A stretch of 20,000 bases of DNA. Origin: an uncultured virus (IMG/VR IMGVR_UViG_3300024999_000095). Its lineage: Duplodnaviria > Heunggongvirae > Uroviricota > Caudoviricetes. Position 1 is the first letter of the stretch, and every line of letters starts with the position of its first letter. Under the pieces are notes generated by a model that was given only the letters and a program-made list of their open reading frames with translations, was not told the origin of the DNA and searched no databases. The stretch lies in the IMG/VR virus record IMGVR_UViG_3300024999_000095; one strand, written 5' to 3'. The translations under genes and the position numbers were made by a program. Shown in pieces: positions 7,223-14,482 of this stretch.

Positions 7223-7635
7223 TGAAGATACAAGTAATTATTGAGGTGCCGGATGGAACTGAATGCACTGGCTGTGTCCATCTATATGAAAATGTCTTCA
7301 GTGGATACAACTGCGCTTTGTTTGTCGGGGAAACTGGCGATTCGGTATTCATCGAGGGGTTCAGCAAATGCCCCCAGTGCCGCGCCGCAGAGGTGAAGCC
7401 AAGCATAATCACGACAGTAGGAGTTTCCTCAACCGGGCATAATCTTTTGCTGCTTGCTGACGGCAATGGGGTGGATGTAATGAAAAAATACAAGGTGACA
7501 CTAGAACCATTCGCAGAGGTGAAGGATGATGACGCTGGAATGTTGGAGTACGACACTGATACAGGGATATATCGAGTGAGGGGAAATGGCAATAGCCTGG
7601 ATAACCTGCGGGTCGTGCGGAAGGAGGGGGAGTGA
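7219..7635 (+). CDS. Hypothetical Cys-containing phage protein
   Basis: ORF track; GGAGG RBS. Confidence 0.75.
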   Translation: MMKIQVIIEVPDGTECTGCVHLYENVFSGYNCALFVGETGDSVFIEGFSKCPQCRAAEVKPSIITTVGVSSTGHNLLLLADGNGVDVMKKYKVTLEPFAEVKDDDAGMLEYDTDTGIYRVRGNGNSLDNLRVVRKEGE

Positions 7636-7636
7636 G

Positions 7637-7969
7637 ATGAGGGAAGAGGACGAAAGCAACATCGCATGGGGAATGGCGGACACTGAAGACCATTTCAAGA
7701 AGGCAAATGAATGGGCATACCGTATCATGGCCAAGCATGAAGGCTTGAAGTGTGGCGAAACCTGCACTCGTTGCGGAGGATGGGGTTGTATGTGTGTACC
7801 GGTGCTGCTGGTGGAGCTTGATGATGCTGAGGCAAAGTACCAAGAACTGATCATGGCGGTTGCAAAGAAATACCCCGGCGAGTCGAGGCATGAAACGGCA
7901 CTGAGGTATATCATGCAGGCTGAGGCTGTAGATTGCGGCCCTGCTCAATGTGTTAAGGAGGATGAGTGA
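7637..7969 (+). CDS. Hypothetical phage protein ('KYQELIMAVAKKYPGESRHETALRYI')
   Basis: ATG 7637 after a purine-rich RBS; in the operon. Confidence 0.75.
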   Translation: MREEDESNIAWGMADTEDHFKKANEWAYRIMAKHEGLKCGETCTRCGGWGCMCVPVLLVELDDAEAKYQELIMAVAKKYPGESRHETALRYIMQAEAVDCGPAQCVKEDE

Positions 7970-8292
7970 TGGACCTACACAAAAAGATAATGAATATTGG
8001 ATATGACAAAGAGACGATGGATAAATTTGATGATCTAGATGATCTCTTGAATTACAAGATGGGGCACCGTGACGCACGACACGCCGCCGCTGAACTGGCT
8101 ATCGCGCACGATGCCAAGTACGCTGAGTTGATGGAATCGCACCGGGAGTTACTGGCTGCGGTAAACCATTGTCGGGAGGCCCTAAGAGACAACCTATCAA
8201 AGTATGCCTACAAGAACGAACTGATCATGCTTGATGCTCTCACGGTAGCCGACAATGCAATTGCCAAGGCTGAAGCACTGGGAGGGGAATAG
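7966..8292 (+). CDS. Hypothetical phage protein ('YKMGHRDARHAAAELA' motif)
   Basis: ORF track; GGAGG RBS; motif familiar from phage accessory proteins. Confidence 0.8.
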   Translation: MMDLHKKIMNIGYDKETMDKFDDLDDLLNYKMGHRDARHAAAELAIAHDAKYAELMESHRELLAAVNHCREALRDNLSKYAYKNELIMLDALTVADNAIAKAEALGGE

Positions 8293-8442
8293 ATGAATAG
8301 CATAATGATGGGAGTTGGTTCAGTGCTGATTTTCGCTAATGCCCCATCCGCGCTATCTGGCGATGTATGGTCCTTGGGAGCAATCGTTGTGCTGTCTATC
8401 GCCGTTGGGGCTACGCTGTGTAACATAGTGAGTGGAAATTAA
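8293..8442 (+). CDS. Small membrane protein, 49 aa
   Basis: Hand translation MNSIMMGVGSVLIF...; GGAGG RBS; two hydrophobic stretches. Confidence 0.6.
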   Translation: MNSIMMGVGSVLIFANAPSALSGDVWSLGAIVVLSIAVGATLCNIVSGN

Positions 8443-8460
8443 ACTTAACCGGAGGACACC

Positions 8461-8619
8461 ATGAAGAATTTACTGAACGCAATAATGTGTTTCGTATTCG
8501 GGCATCTGCTTCGCCATAGGGCAACGCACAACTCGACCGCGAATATCAACGTATGTTTGCGCTGCGGGAAGGTGGTGCATGTGGATCGGCCTGGGGTGCG
8601 GTTTAGTATTGCGCGATGA
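8461..8619 (+). CDS. Small C-x3-GH...CxxC protein, 52 aa (DUF1660-like pattern)
   Basis: Hand translation MKNLLNAIMCFVFGH...VCLRCGK; GGAGG RBS. Confidence 0.75.
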   Translation: MKNLLNAIMCFVFGHLLRHRATHNSTANINVCLRCGKVVHVDRPGVRFSIAR

Positions 8620-8822
8620 TGGGGTTTGTGTGGGCATGTGTCGTGTTTTCTGTGTGGATACTGATTGGCGCTGGACTATGGGCATACTGGGACGACGACC
8701 AACAAACTCTACTGAAGCAGGCTAAGAAGGACCATGAATACCTGCCGCAATTGCTTATGCTGACATGGCCTGTTTTCCTTTGGAAGTGGTTAAGGCGAGA
8801 CAAATATAAAGTGGTTCGATGA
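8616..8822 (+). CDS. Small two-TM membrane protein
   Basis: ORF track; hydrophobic segments; ATGA overlap. Confidence 0.7.
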   Translation: MMGFVWACVVFSVWILIGAGLWAYWDDDQQTLLKQAKKDHEYLPQLLMLTWPVFLWKWLRRDKYKVVR

Positions 8823-8834
8823 TGGGTGGGGGTA

Positions 8835-8984
8835 ATGAAGATAGTCCATATAGACCAGTGCGGAGATTGCCCACATCGGTATTACGAGGGCAATGAGATA
8901 TGGTGCGGGAAAGAGAACCTAGAGGTTGATGCGTGGTTCATTCCGAAGTGGTGCCCATTGCCTAATGCTGAGGGGGATGAGTAA
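8835..8984 (+). CDS. Small Cys-rich protein, 49 aa (CGDCP...C...IPKWCPL)
   Basis: Hand translation; 'IPxWCPL' motif common in phage microproteins. Confidence 0.75.
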   Translation: MKIVHIDQCGDCPHRYYEGNEIWCGKENLEVDAWFIPKWCPLPNAEGDE

Positions 8985-9017
8985 GTTTGAGGGGATGATC
9001 GGATTAAAACCGATTTT

Positions 9018-9537
9018 TGGTGCAGGGATGGGGTATCTATTCGTTAGGCAAAGCTACCCCTACCCCGATTTTCTTGATGGTTCCTAGGAGAGAGATGTTA
9101 CACTCCTGTAGTACCAAAAAGAGCCGCAAGAGGTGTAAGCGGCAACCATTGCTGGTGACTGACTTCGTTTATCGCGCCGGAGTATTTTTCGTGGACTATC
9201 CCTTGTCCCATATCCACCGATGATATCAATCGAACTGATATCTGCCGTGGTCGCGTTCCCATCAAGTGCCAAAAAGCTTCTTTCGGCGGCGCGTGTATCG
9301 TGTGGGACCGGGGCAAGTCCCGAAGTCAATTCTTTTTGCCAATTGCACAGGTTACTTTTTTGGCTGGCAGGCCGGGGCATGTTAAGAACGCTGAATAAGA
9401 AAAGCCCCTGTCAGCGACACGTTCCAATTAATCCTGCCGGGAAAAGTAAACTCTTGGAAAATGCCGCCAACAAGGGCGTATGGGATTCGCAGTCATTCTA
9501 TCTCCCGGCAGGAAGAAAGTCAAGTATCATTTGACCC
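9018..9537 (-). ncRNA. Candidate large, multi-pseudoknotted non-coding RNA (~520 nt), family not identified
   Basis: No convincing ORF; near-consensus promoter directly upstream; more than 12 helices including long-range and crossing pairings; GNRA tetraloop and T-loop-like loop on the minus strand. Confidence 0.7.
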
Positions 9538-9541
9538 TTAT

Positions 9542-9570
9542 ATTATAACACGAATAGAGAAACCTAGCAA
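9542..9570 (-). promoter_or_regulatory. Strong leftward sigma70 promoter TTGCTA-17-TATAAT (TG-extended)
   Basis: -35 = rc 9565-9570, -10 = rc 9542-9547; predicted start ~9535. Confidence 0.8.
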
Positions 9571-9597
9571 GTAAATTCAGCAGAAAGGTGAAAATAA

Positions 9598-9867
9598 ATG
9601 GAAGAAGATTTACAGTACGCAATAGTGTATATCAACAGGGCAATCCGCAACCTTGCGAAGGTGCCAGAGAAGCAGGCAATTCATGAAGTGCTTGAGATGT
9701 GCGGGGCAATTGACGAACGGTACAAGGAGTTTTGCAGTGAGTTTGACGAACAGGATGGATTACCAGAGGGGACCACATACGGCAAGGAGGATGGGATCTC
9801 GATAGAGTTTTACCTTGAGGCAGACGACTGGCACAAGGTAAGTCTTGCCTTGCGGAAGTTGGGTTAA
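9598..9867 (+). CDS. Acidic hypothetical protein
   Basis: ORF track; AAAGGTG RBS; convergent with the endolysin. Confidence 0.7.
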   Translation: MEEDLQYAIVYINRAIRNLAKVPEKQAIHEVLEMCGAIDERYKEFCSEFDEQDGLPEGTTYGKEDGISIEFYLEADDWHKVSLALRKLG

Positions 9868-10262
9868 CCATTACGCATAATTTCAGATAACTCTTTAGCC
9901 CTCCTGCCCACTTGCCGCGCCCACAATGATTTCAACATCTGATCAGCAGCGGCAGAGTAGTCCCCCTTGTCGATGTAACCGAGTGTCTTATTGAATTTCT
10001 CCAGTCCGTCTATGCCGAGGTTGAAGGCCATGTTGATAAGCACCCCCTGCCGTTCCCCAGAAAGCCCTGAGAAGAACGGCAGGCGTTTGCATAGGGTGGC
10101 TCGTATTTTCTCTACGCGATGCACCAGCAGCCACTCAGCCTCTTCCTCGGTGATTCCAGCGTCGAGATTGATTCCGTAGCCTATGGTGAGGTGGCCGGTC
10201 GTGTCCATATAGGGCCTAGACCGGAACCCTTCATGACGCTTTAGGCCTTCTATCACGCTCAT
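9864..10262 (-). CDS. Endolysin, phage lysozyme (T4-like/GH24-type muramidase)
   Basis: 'LKRHEGFRSRPYMDTTGHLTIGYGINL', 'NMAFNLG', 'SLWARQVGRRA'; start at ATG 10262. Confidence 0.93.
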   Translation of the reverse strand: MSVIEGLKRHEGFRSRPYMDTTGHLTIGYGINLDAGITEEEAEWLLVHRVEKIRATLCKRLPFFSGLSGERQGVLINMAFNLGIDGLEKFNKTLGYIDKGDYSAAADQMLKSLWARQVGRRAKELSEIMRNG

Positions 10263-10537
10263 TAGGGTATTTTTATACCAAAGAAAGTAAGCATCAGGAA
10301 TGCCACAAAACCAATCCCCAGAACAGCGATGACGCTCTTTAAGGTTGACCACTTAATTTCCTGCAACTTTTTCAAGGTAGCAATCAACTCGACAAGGAAT
10401 TGATGCTGCGCCTCGTGCTGAATCCAATACTCAGTGTCGTGGCAGAGTTTACATACCGCAGCGTCATGCCTGATATATGACGCAATCGCCTGCTGTGCCG
10501 CCTGATTAGCAACCTCTCGGATCTCTTCTGGGGTCAT
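10262..10537 (-). CDS. Membrane protein with C-terminal TM, holin-like
   Basis: AAGGA RBS before ATG 10537; C-terminal hydrophobic helix; directly upstream of the endolysin. Confidence 0.65.
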   Translation of the reverse strand: MTPEEIREVANQAAQQAIASYIRHDAAVCKLCHDTEYWIQHEAQHQFLVELIATLKKLQEIKWSTLKSVIAVLGIGFVAFLMLTFFGIKIP

Positions 10538-10547
10538 CGCGTGTTCC

Positions 10548-10787
10548 TTATTTCGTCGGCGTTTTCGTGAATATGCCGTACTTGTTAGCCAGCTCGACCA
10601 GCGTAGCAATGACTTTCTCTATCGTCGGCCATGCCTCTTTCGCCCCGTCATACGTCGATTCGATTATCTGGCGCACCACGGCGAGTTTATCCTTGCCAGC
10701 GCCTTCGACCGGCAGGAACTCTTCAAGTGAACGGATTGCGGCGATGATGGACGGGACTAACTGCATAACAAGAAGTAAGTATTTCAT
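10548..10787 (-). CDS. Lysis-region small protein ('GAGKDKLAVV' motif), possible holin-family
   Basis: ORF track; GGAG RBS; position in lysis cassette. Confidence 0.7.
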   Translation of the reverse strand: MKYLLLVMQLVPSIIAAIRSLEEFLPVEGAGKDKLAVVRQIIESTYDGAKEAWPTIEKVIATLVELANKYGIFTKTPTK

Positions 10788-11068
10788 TTCGTAGCTCCAA
10801 TTTTCTTAGTTGACACGGTTGTAATAACCTCATTTACCACACCCAGGACGGTAGCGACCGCCCCGGATATGACGACTATTTGCTCATCGGAGAGCGGCAA
10901 TTCTACGCCTGCCATCTTCAGGCCGAAGATAATCAGGGCGAGGATGTAGAATACCCGCGACCCTGTGACCTGTGCTTCCTTCCACGACTTCGGGTCTTTA
11001 ACTTCCTTCCCGGCCTGCATGGCATCCTTCAACTTGCCAGCCCCTTCTATCATCTCAGTAATTTTCAC
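10784..11068 (-). CDS. Two-TM holin-like protein
   Basis: GTG 11068 after GGAGG; two hydrophobic helices and a basic C-terminus. Confidence 0.7.
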   Translation of the reverse strand: MKITEMIEGAGKLKDAMQAGKEVKDPKSWKEAQVTGSRVFYILALIIFGLKMAGVELPLSDEQIVVISGAVATVLGVVNEVITTVSTKKIGATK

Positions 11069-11327
11069 CTTGCCTCCTTGCCTCAAACAATTCGTGTATC
11101 AGTTCAAAATCTATGTAGTCATCATCGTCGCATGAATTATCGAACGTCTCCCTTGCGTCTTCTGGGTCAAAGCAAACGCGAGTGTCATACATTCTGGCAA
11201 GTTCAGCGGATAACTCTCTCTCAAGAACGCGCCTTTTGATACGTCTCATCATGCGCTTCTCGGTAGGCTTCCACTGCCCTCTACACACAAGCCAACTTGC
11301 TCTTTCTCCATGTGCCATGTCATTCAC
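11055..11327 (-). CDS. Hypothetical phage protein
   Basis: ORF track; GTGA overlap with the upstream gene. Confidence 0.65.
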   Translation of the reverse strand: MNDMAHGERASWLVCRGQWKPTEKRMMRRIKRRVLERELSAELARMYDTRVCFDPEDARETFDNSCDDDDYIDFELIHELFEARRQGENY

Positions 11328-11434
11328 CTACACTCAATATCATCGCCGGTAATCGCTCTCAGATAGTCCTCGCATGTCGCTGTCCTGGTGCATGATGCTA
11401 GGAGTAGCAGGATTGCGATGGCTAGGTACTTCAC
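11324..11434 (-). CDS. Micro-lipoprotein, 36 aa (MKYLAIAILLLLASC...)
   Basis: Hand translation; lipobox LASC; GAGG RBS; GTGA overlaps at both ends. Confidence 0.7.
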   Translation of the reverse strand: MKYLAIAILLLLASCTRTATCEDYLRAITGDDIECR

Positions 11435-11598
11435 TTGGCCTCGCTTGGTTTATCAGGTCGCATCGGGCAATACCCGCAGTCCGGGTCATCACACTTCACC
11501 TCAAGCCACTCGTCGCACTTCACGCAGAACCACGCATCAACTTGGTCTGAATATGCGGCAGGTTCGCCACACGTAGGGCAATCGCACACTCGTTTCAT
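11431..11598 (-). CDS. Cys-rich microprotein, 55 aa (CPTC...WFCVKCDEWLEVKCDDPDCGYCPMRPDKP)
   Basis: Hand translation; 8 Cys; coupled overlaps. Confidence 0.8.
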   Translation of the reverse strand: MKRVCDCPTCGEPAAYSDQVDAWFCVKCDEWLEVKCDDPDCGYCPMRPDKPSEAK

Positions 11599-11798
11599 TT
11601 CAGCATCTCAAACGGTATCGACTTCTCATCACACTTGAACGTCGAATGCCGCATTCTGAAGTGTTCACAGGACGGCTTGATCCACCCCCCATCGTTTAGG
11701 TAGCACTCCATCCCACGGGCAGGGCACTCACTGTCCCTGACATGCTGGATTCCGTCTATTCGCTCTACTTCAAGGTTTTCGTAGTCGATGTCGCGCAT
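11595..11798 (-). CDS. Hypothetical Cys-containing protein
   Basis: ORF track; GAGG RBS. Confidence 0.65.
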   Translation of the reverse strand: MRDIDYENLEVERIDGIQHVRDSECPARGMECYLNDGGWIKPSCEHFRMRHSTFKCDEKSIPFEMLK

Positions 11799-11914
11799 CG
11801 TCTCGCCTCATCCTTTCTCCGTCTCCACCGTTGGAGCAGCCTGAATAACTTCCCCACGTTGATCTTCACCACCACTGGCTTGTCTTTCGGGGGAGGTCCG
11901 GTTTCGTCGTTCAT
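11765..11914 (-). CDS. Small basic hypothetical protein, 49 aa (MNDETGPPPKDKP...)
   Basis: Hand translation; fills the gap in the operon; weak RBS. Confidence 0.45.
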   Translation of the reverse strand: MNDETGPPPKDKPVVVKINVGKLFRLLQRWRRRKDEARRCATSTTKTLK

Positions 11915-11918
11915 CTCA

Positions 11919-12191
11919 TCAGCAAATCACTTTCCAAGGGTCGGGGATAACGTCACCAGCACCGCCACTCCAATACGGCTTAAATGGGGCTGGTTCATAA
12001 TATGGGGGAGGTTTGTAGGGTGGCGGAAAGCGGTCTATGTCGTACAACTTTTTCGCAAGTTCTTTATCGTCAGCGGCCTTAACCGGAGCAGATACCAGCC
12101 CGTCAATCACCTTCCGCAATTCTCTCAGTTCGTCCATCGTCAGGTGATGAACAGTCTCGCCTATCGTCAACTCTATCTTCACTGATATCAT
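11919..12191 (-). CDS. Hypothetical protein with Pro/Tyr-rich C-terminus
   Basis: GAGG RBS before ATG 12191. Confidence 0.7.
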   Translation of the reverse strand: MISVKIELTIGETVHHLTMDELRELRKVIDGLVSAPVKAADDKELAKKLYDIDRFPPPYKPPPYYEPAPFKPYWSGGAGDVIPDPWKVIC

Positions 12192-12282
12192 ATGTTTCCT
12201 CATCTTCATGGTGCCAGTTGCATACCGGGCAGAACGACCCACCGCTGCATAGGTGCTTGCAGTTGCGGCATGTCCTGACCAT
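12103..12282 (-). CDS. Possible small zinc-ribbon protein (CRNC...CPVC)
   Basis: Hand translation; TAATG coupling with the upstream gene, but ~90 bp overlap with the downstream gene. Confidence 0.4.
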   Translation of the reverse strand: MVRTCRNCKHLCSGGSFCPVCNWHHEDEETYDISEDRVDDRRDCSSPDDGRTERIAEGD

Positions 12283-12944
12283 TAGTCTTCCGTGATGATC
12301 AGACCATCATCCACCGGGAGCAGAGGCTCATCGACCAAAGGAGCGTCAGTGAATCCGCCCGAGGTGGTAGCCGTACCTTCCTCGCCAGTGTTCGTCGCGG
12401 TTGAGTGCGTTTCACTGGTAGTTTTGGTATTGGTAGTATTGGCATCACCGCCTTCGGTGTTGTTGGTTGTTTTGTTGCCAGCACTGGACCCAACAGCCTC
12501 AATTGCCTTCACCGCACCGGCTGCAATAACTCCGGTGGTCACTACGTCAGCACCTCGATTGATCCCAGTCCTGACCGTAGCATTTTTCTCTTTTACCTCT
12601 GTGCTCATGAATGCCCAAAGGTTGTCAGGGTTATGGCAAGGGTTTGAATCCTTACCAGTAACTGACGCTACGAGCCGCACCGTCTGCGCTTGAAGTTTAA
12701 CCACCATGCAGTCTCGACTATCCATCCCGGCGCAATCCACTTTCATTGATTCCTTGTAAGCTGCCATGCACTTCTCTTCGGCTGCGGCTTGCTGTTTGGC
12801 AATGCTGGCGAGGGAAGATTCTGAGGTCGTAACAGTGCCATCCTTATGCGATGTAGTGGTTGTCTGCCCTAGACCTTGGGCTGTTTTCGACCCACAACCT
12901 GAGAGTGTAAGAATTGCGAATAGTGCGACAGCGAGTGTTTTCAT
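12282..12944 (-). CDS. Lipoprotein with Thr-rich low-complexity tail
   Basis: Signal peptide with lipobox LSGC; GAGGT RBS. Confidence 0.85.
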   Translation of the reverse strand: MKTLAVALFAILTLSGCGSKTAQGLGQTTTTSHKDGTVTTSESSLASIAKQQAAAEEKCMAAYKESMKVDCAGMDSRDCMVVKLQAQTVRLVASVTGKDSNPCHNPDNLWAFMSTEVKEKNATVRTGINRGADVVTTGVIAAGAVKAIEAVGSSAGNKTTNNTEGGDANTTNTKTTSETHSTATNTGEEGTATTSGGFTDAPLVDEPLLPVDDGLIITED

Positions 12945-12947
12945 AAT

Positions 12948-13388
12948 TTACCTCGGACAGATGGTTACAAGTTGACTTTTATCCCCATACGGGGCCTGAA
13001 TGAATACGATATTCGGAGTCTGCGAACCTGGGCGGATGACGAATCCCCTACCCTTTCCACTTTGGAAACGGTTCGCCTTCGCCATGACGACACGACTGAC
13101 TGAGAACCCCGACGAGAACCGGACGGATGCGTACCTGAAATACTTCCACAGCGGCTTGTTGATCTTCCACGCCTGCCGACCATTGCGGAATCCGGATGAT
13201 TTGTACGTCTGGCACTTCGCTGCGGCGGCGGTCATGTCAGGCTCATCCATCGACTTGTCAATGTCGTCCCGTTCAAATGGGTCGAATGTCGCAGTGGTAT
13301 CGCCGGGGCCAGTGGGGGCATTGTCATTGTCCTTGTGGCATCCGCACAAAGTAAGTGTTAGGCATAATAGAAAAAATATAGTCTTCAT
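12948..13388 (-). CDS. Lipoprotein with basic C-terminal domain
   Basis: Signal peptide with lipobox LCGC; GGAGG RBS. Confidence 0.8.
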   Translation of the reverse strand: MKTIFFLLCLTLTLCGCHKDNDNAPTGPGDTTATFDPFERDDIDKSMDEPDMTAAAAKCQTYKSSGFRNGRQAWKINKPLWKYFRYASVRFSSGFSVSRVVMAKANRFQSGKGRGFVIRPGSQTPNIVFIQAPYGDKSQLVTICPR

Positions 13389-13741
13389 TTCGCCTCCTGT
13401 ACTTGCACCTCAACCACCACCGTAACCCGCAGGTTCCCTGGTGTTCCATCAGGGGCGGGGTCATAGTGATAGCAGGCGGAATGCGGGGTTTCGTTTCCGC
13501 CAACGTCGATTGCGGTCAGCGTGTAACACGCATCGGCATCTGAGATATCAATATCACCTGAGTATTTTCTTGCGGCTGGGTCGGAGAATGTGGTCAGTTT
13601 CACCCCATCCTTGTACAGCACAAACCCTGCGAGGTCGGTAACGGTTGAATCGTACCCCCACTCCACCGTTACTGACCTGTTCGCCGCTTGGGAATAGGAC
13701 GATACCATCACCAATATGACTGCTAGAATTATCGTTTTCAT
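13385..13741 (-). CDS. Secreted fibronectin type III-like protein
   Basis: Signal peptide (...SYSQA); 'SVTVEW...DLAGFVLY...YTLTAIDVGGNETPHS' FN3 pattern; AGGAG RBS. Confidence 0.8.
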   Translation of the reverse strand: MKTIILAVILVMVSSYSQAANRSVTVEWGYDSTVTDLAGFVLYKDGVKLTTFSDPAARKYSGDIDISDADACYTLTAIDVGGNETPHSACYHYDPAPDGTPGNLRVTVVVEVQVQEAK

Positions 13742-14154
13742 CGACACTCCTGTTGTGAGTTCCACACGGCCAATCCACCACCTATTACGGCAAGCGGAGC
13801 ATACAGCCAATTCCGGTATTTCGGGTTGTATTCAGCCAGCCACACGACCATTCCAACCGCTGCGAGTTTGGCTATGATAATCGTGCCGTTGCTCGGTTCG
13901 GGACCGAATACTGGGTTGCCTTCCATACAGCCGTCACCAAGTTTATCTATCGTCGTTGCAGCGTCTGCGGTCTGGCCGAGTATCGCTGTGGTTAGCCAGA
14001 ACTTATTCCAGCCGGTGAACGTGCTGTGATTCTGAGACGGCGCAGGTGATTCAACCTTGAACATCTCTTCAATGGGCAATTGCTCAACAGGCTCAAGGTA
14101 AGTTTTACCGCAACCGGCTAAGAGGATTGCCAATACTACCACCAGCCATTTCAT
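13738..14154 (-). CDS. Lipoprotein/membrane protein ('ADAATT...GCMEGNPVFG')
   Basis: Lipobox LAGC after ATG 14154; further hydrophobic segments. Confidence 0.75.
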   Translation of the reverse strand: MKWLVVVLAILLAGCGKTYLEPVEQLPIEEMFKVESPAPSQNHSTFTGWNKFWLTTAILGQTADAATTIDKLGDGCMEGNPVFGPEPSNGTIIIAKLAAVGMVVWLAEYNPKYRNWLYAPLAVIGGGLAVWNSQQECR

Positions 14155-14237
14155 CACATCGGCCCAGCAATCAGCCACAGCACCGCCGCCAGTTCGACAG
14201 CGAGGATGACGAGCAGGGCGTTGATGATGTGGGTCAT
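14154..14237 (-). CDS. Single-TM peptide, 27 aa (MTHIINALLVILAVELAAVLWLIAGPM)
   Basis: Hand translation; ATGA and TGATG overlaps with both neighbours. Confidence 0.55.
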   Translation of the reverse strand: MTHIINALLVILAVELAAVLWLIAGPM

Positions 14238-14482
14238 GCCCCCACCACCCGATCATCCCGCGCAATCGTGGCAGCATCCGACTCAACCGAGCGGACAATC
14301 GTCCCCCGAGGCCCAGTCCGCACCTGTGTCGTCGGTACGAGGGTGGCGAGGTCTACCTCTGCGCCGTTGGTGAATGTGGGGATGGCCTGGAACTTCGGGC
14401 CGAGGGGAGCTGTGATTGTGGTGCCGGTTATGGGGGCGTCTATGCCTAGTGGTCCTTTATACTGGATTGGTGTGCGTATCAT
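14234..14482 (-). CDS. Hypothetical protein, tail-fibre region
   Basis: ORF track; ATGA overlap. Confidence 0.7.
   Translation of the reverse strand: MIRTPIQYKGPLGIDAPITGTTITAPLGPKFQAIPTFTNGAEVDLATLVPTTQVRTGPRGTIVRSVESDAATIARDDRVVGA

Noticed and set aside
8969..9018. GAGGGG(G)ATGA duplicate and ATCGG-N7-CCGAT-TTTT hairpin
   Set aside because: Weak 5-bp stem; may end the rightward operon but is not strong enough to call
9017..9534. Four short ORFs (9017-9223 +, 9084-9380 -, 9098-9316 -, 9220-9534 +)
   Set aside because: Mutually overlapping, no clear RBS, no protein motifs; dense base-pairing explains the region better, though a small peptide cannot be excluded
9018..9537. tmRNA, RNase P RNA or group I/II intron identity for the structured region
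   Set aside because: Ends in ...GCACCA but lacks a T-arm/acceptor stem there; no RNase P GAGGAAAGUCC; no interrupted gene or group II GUGCG/domain V seen
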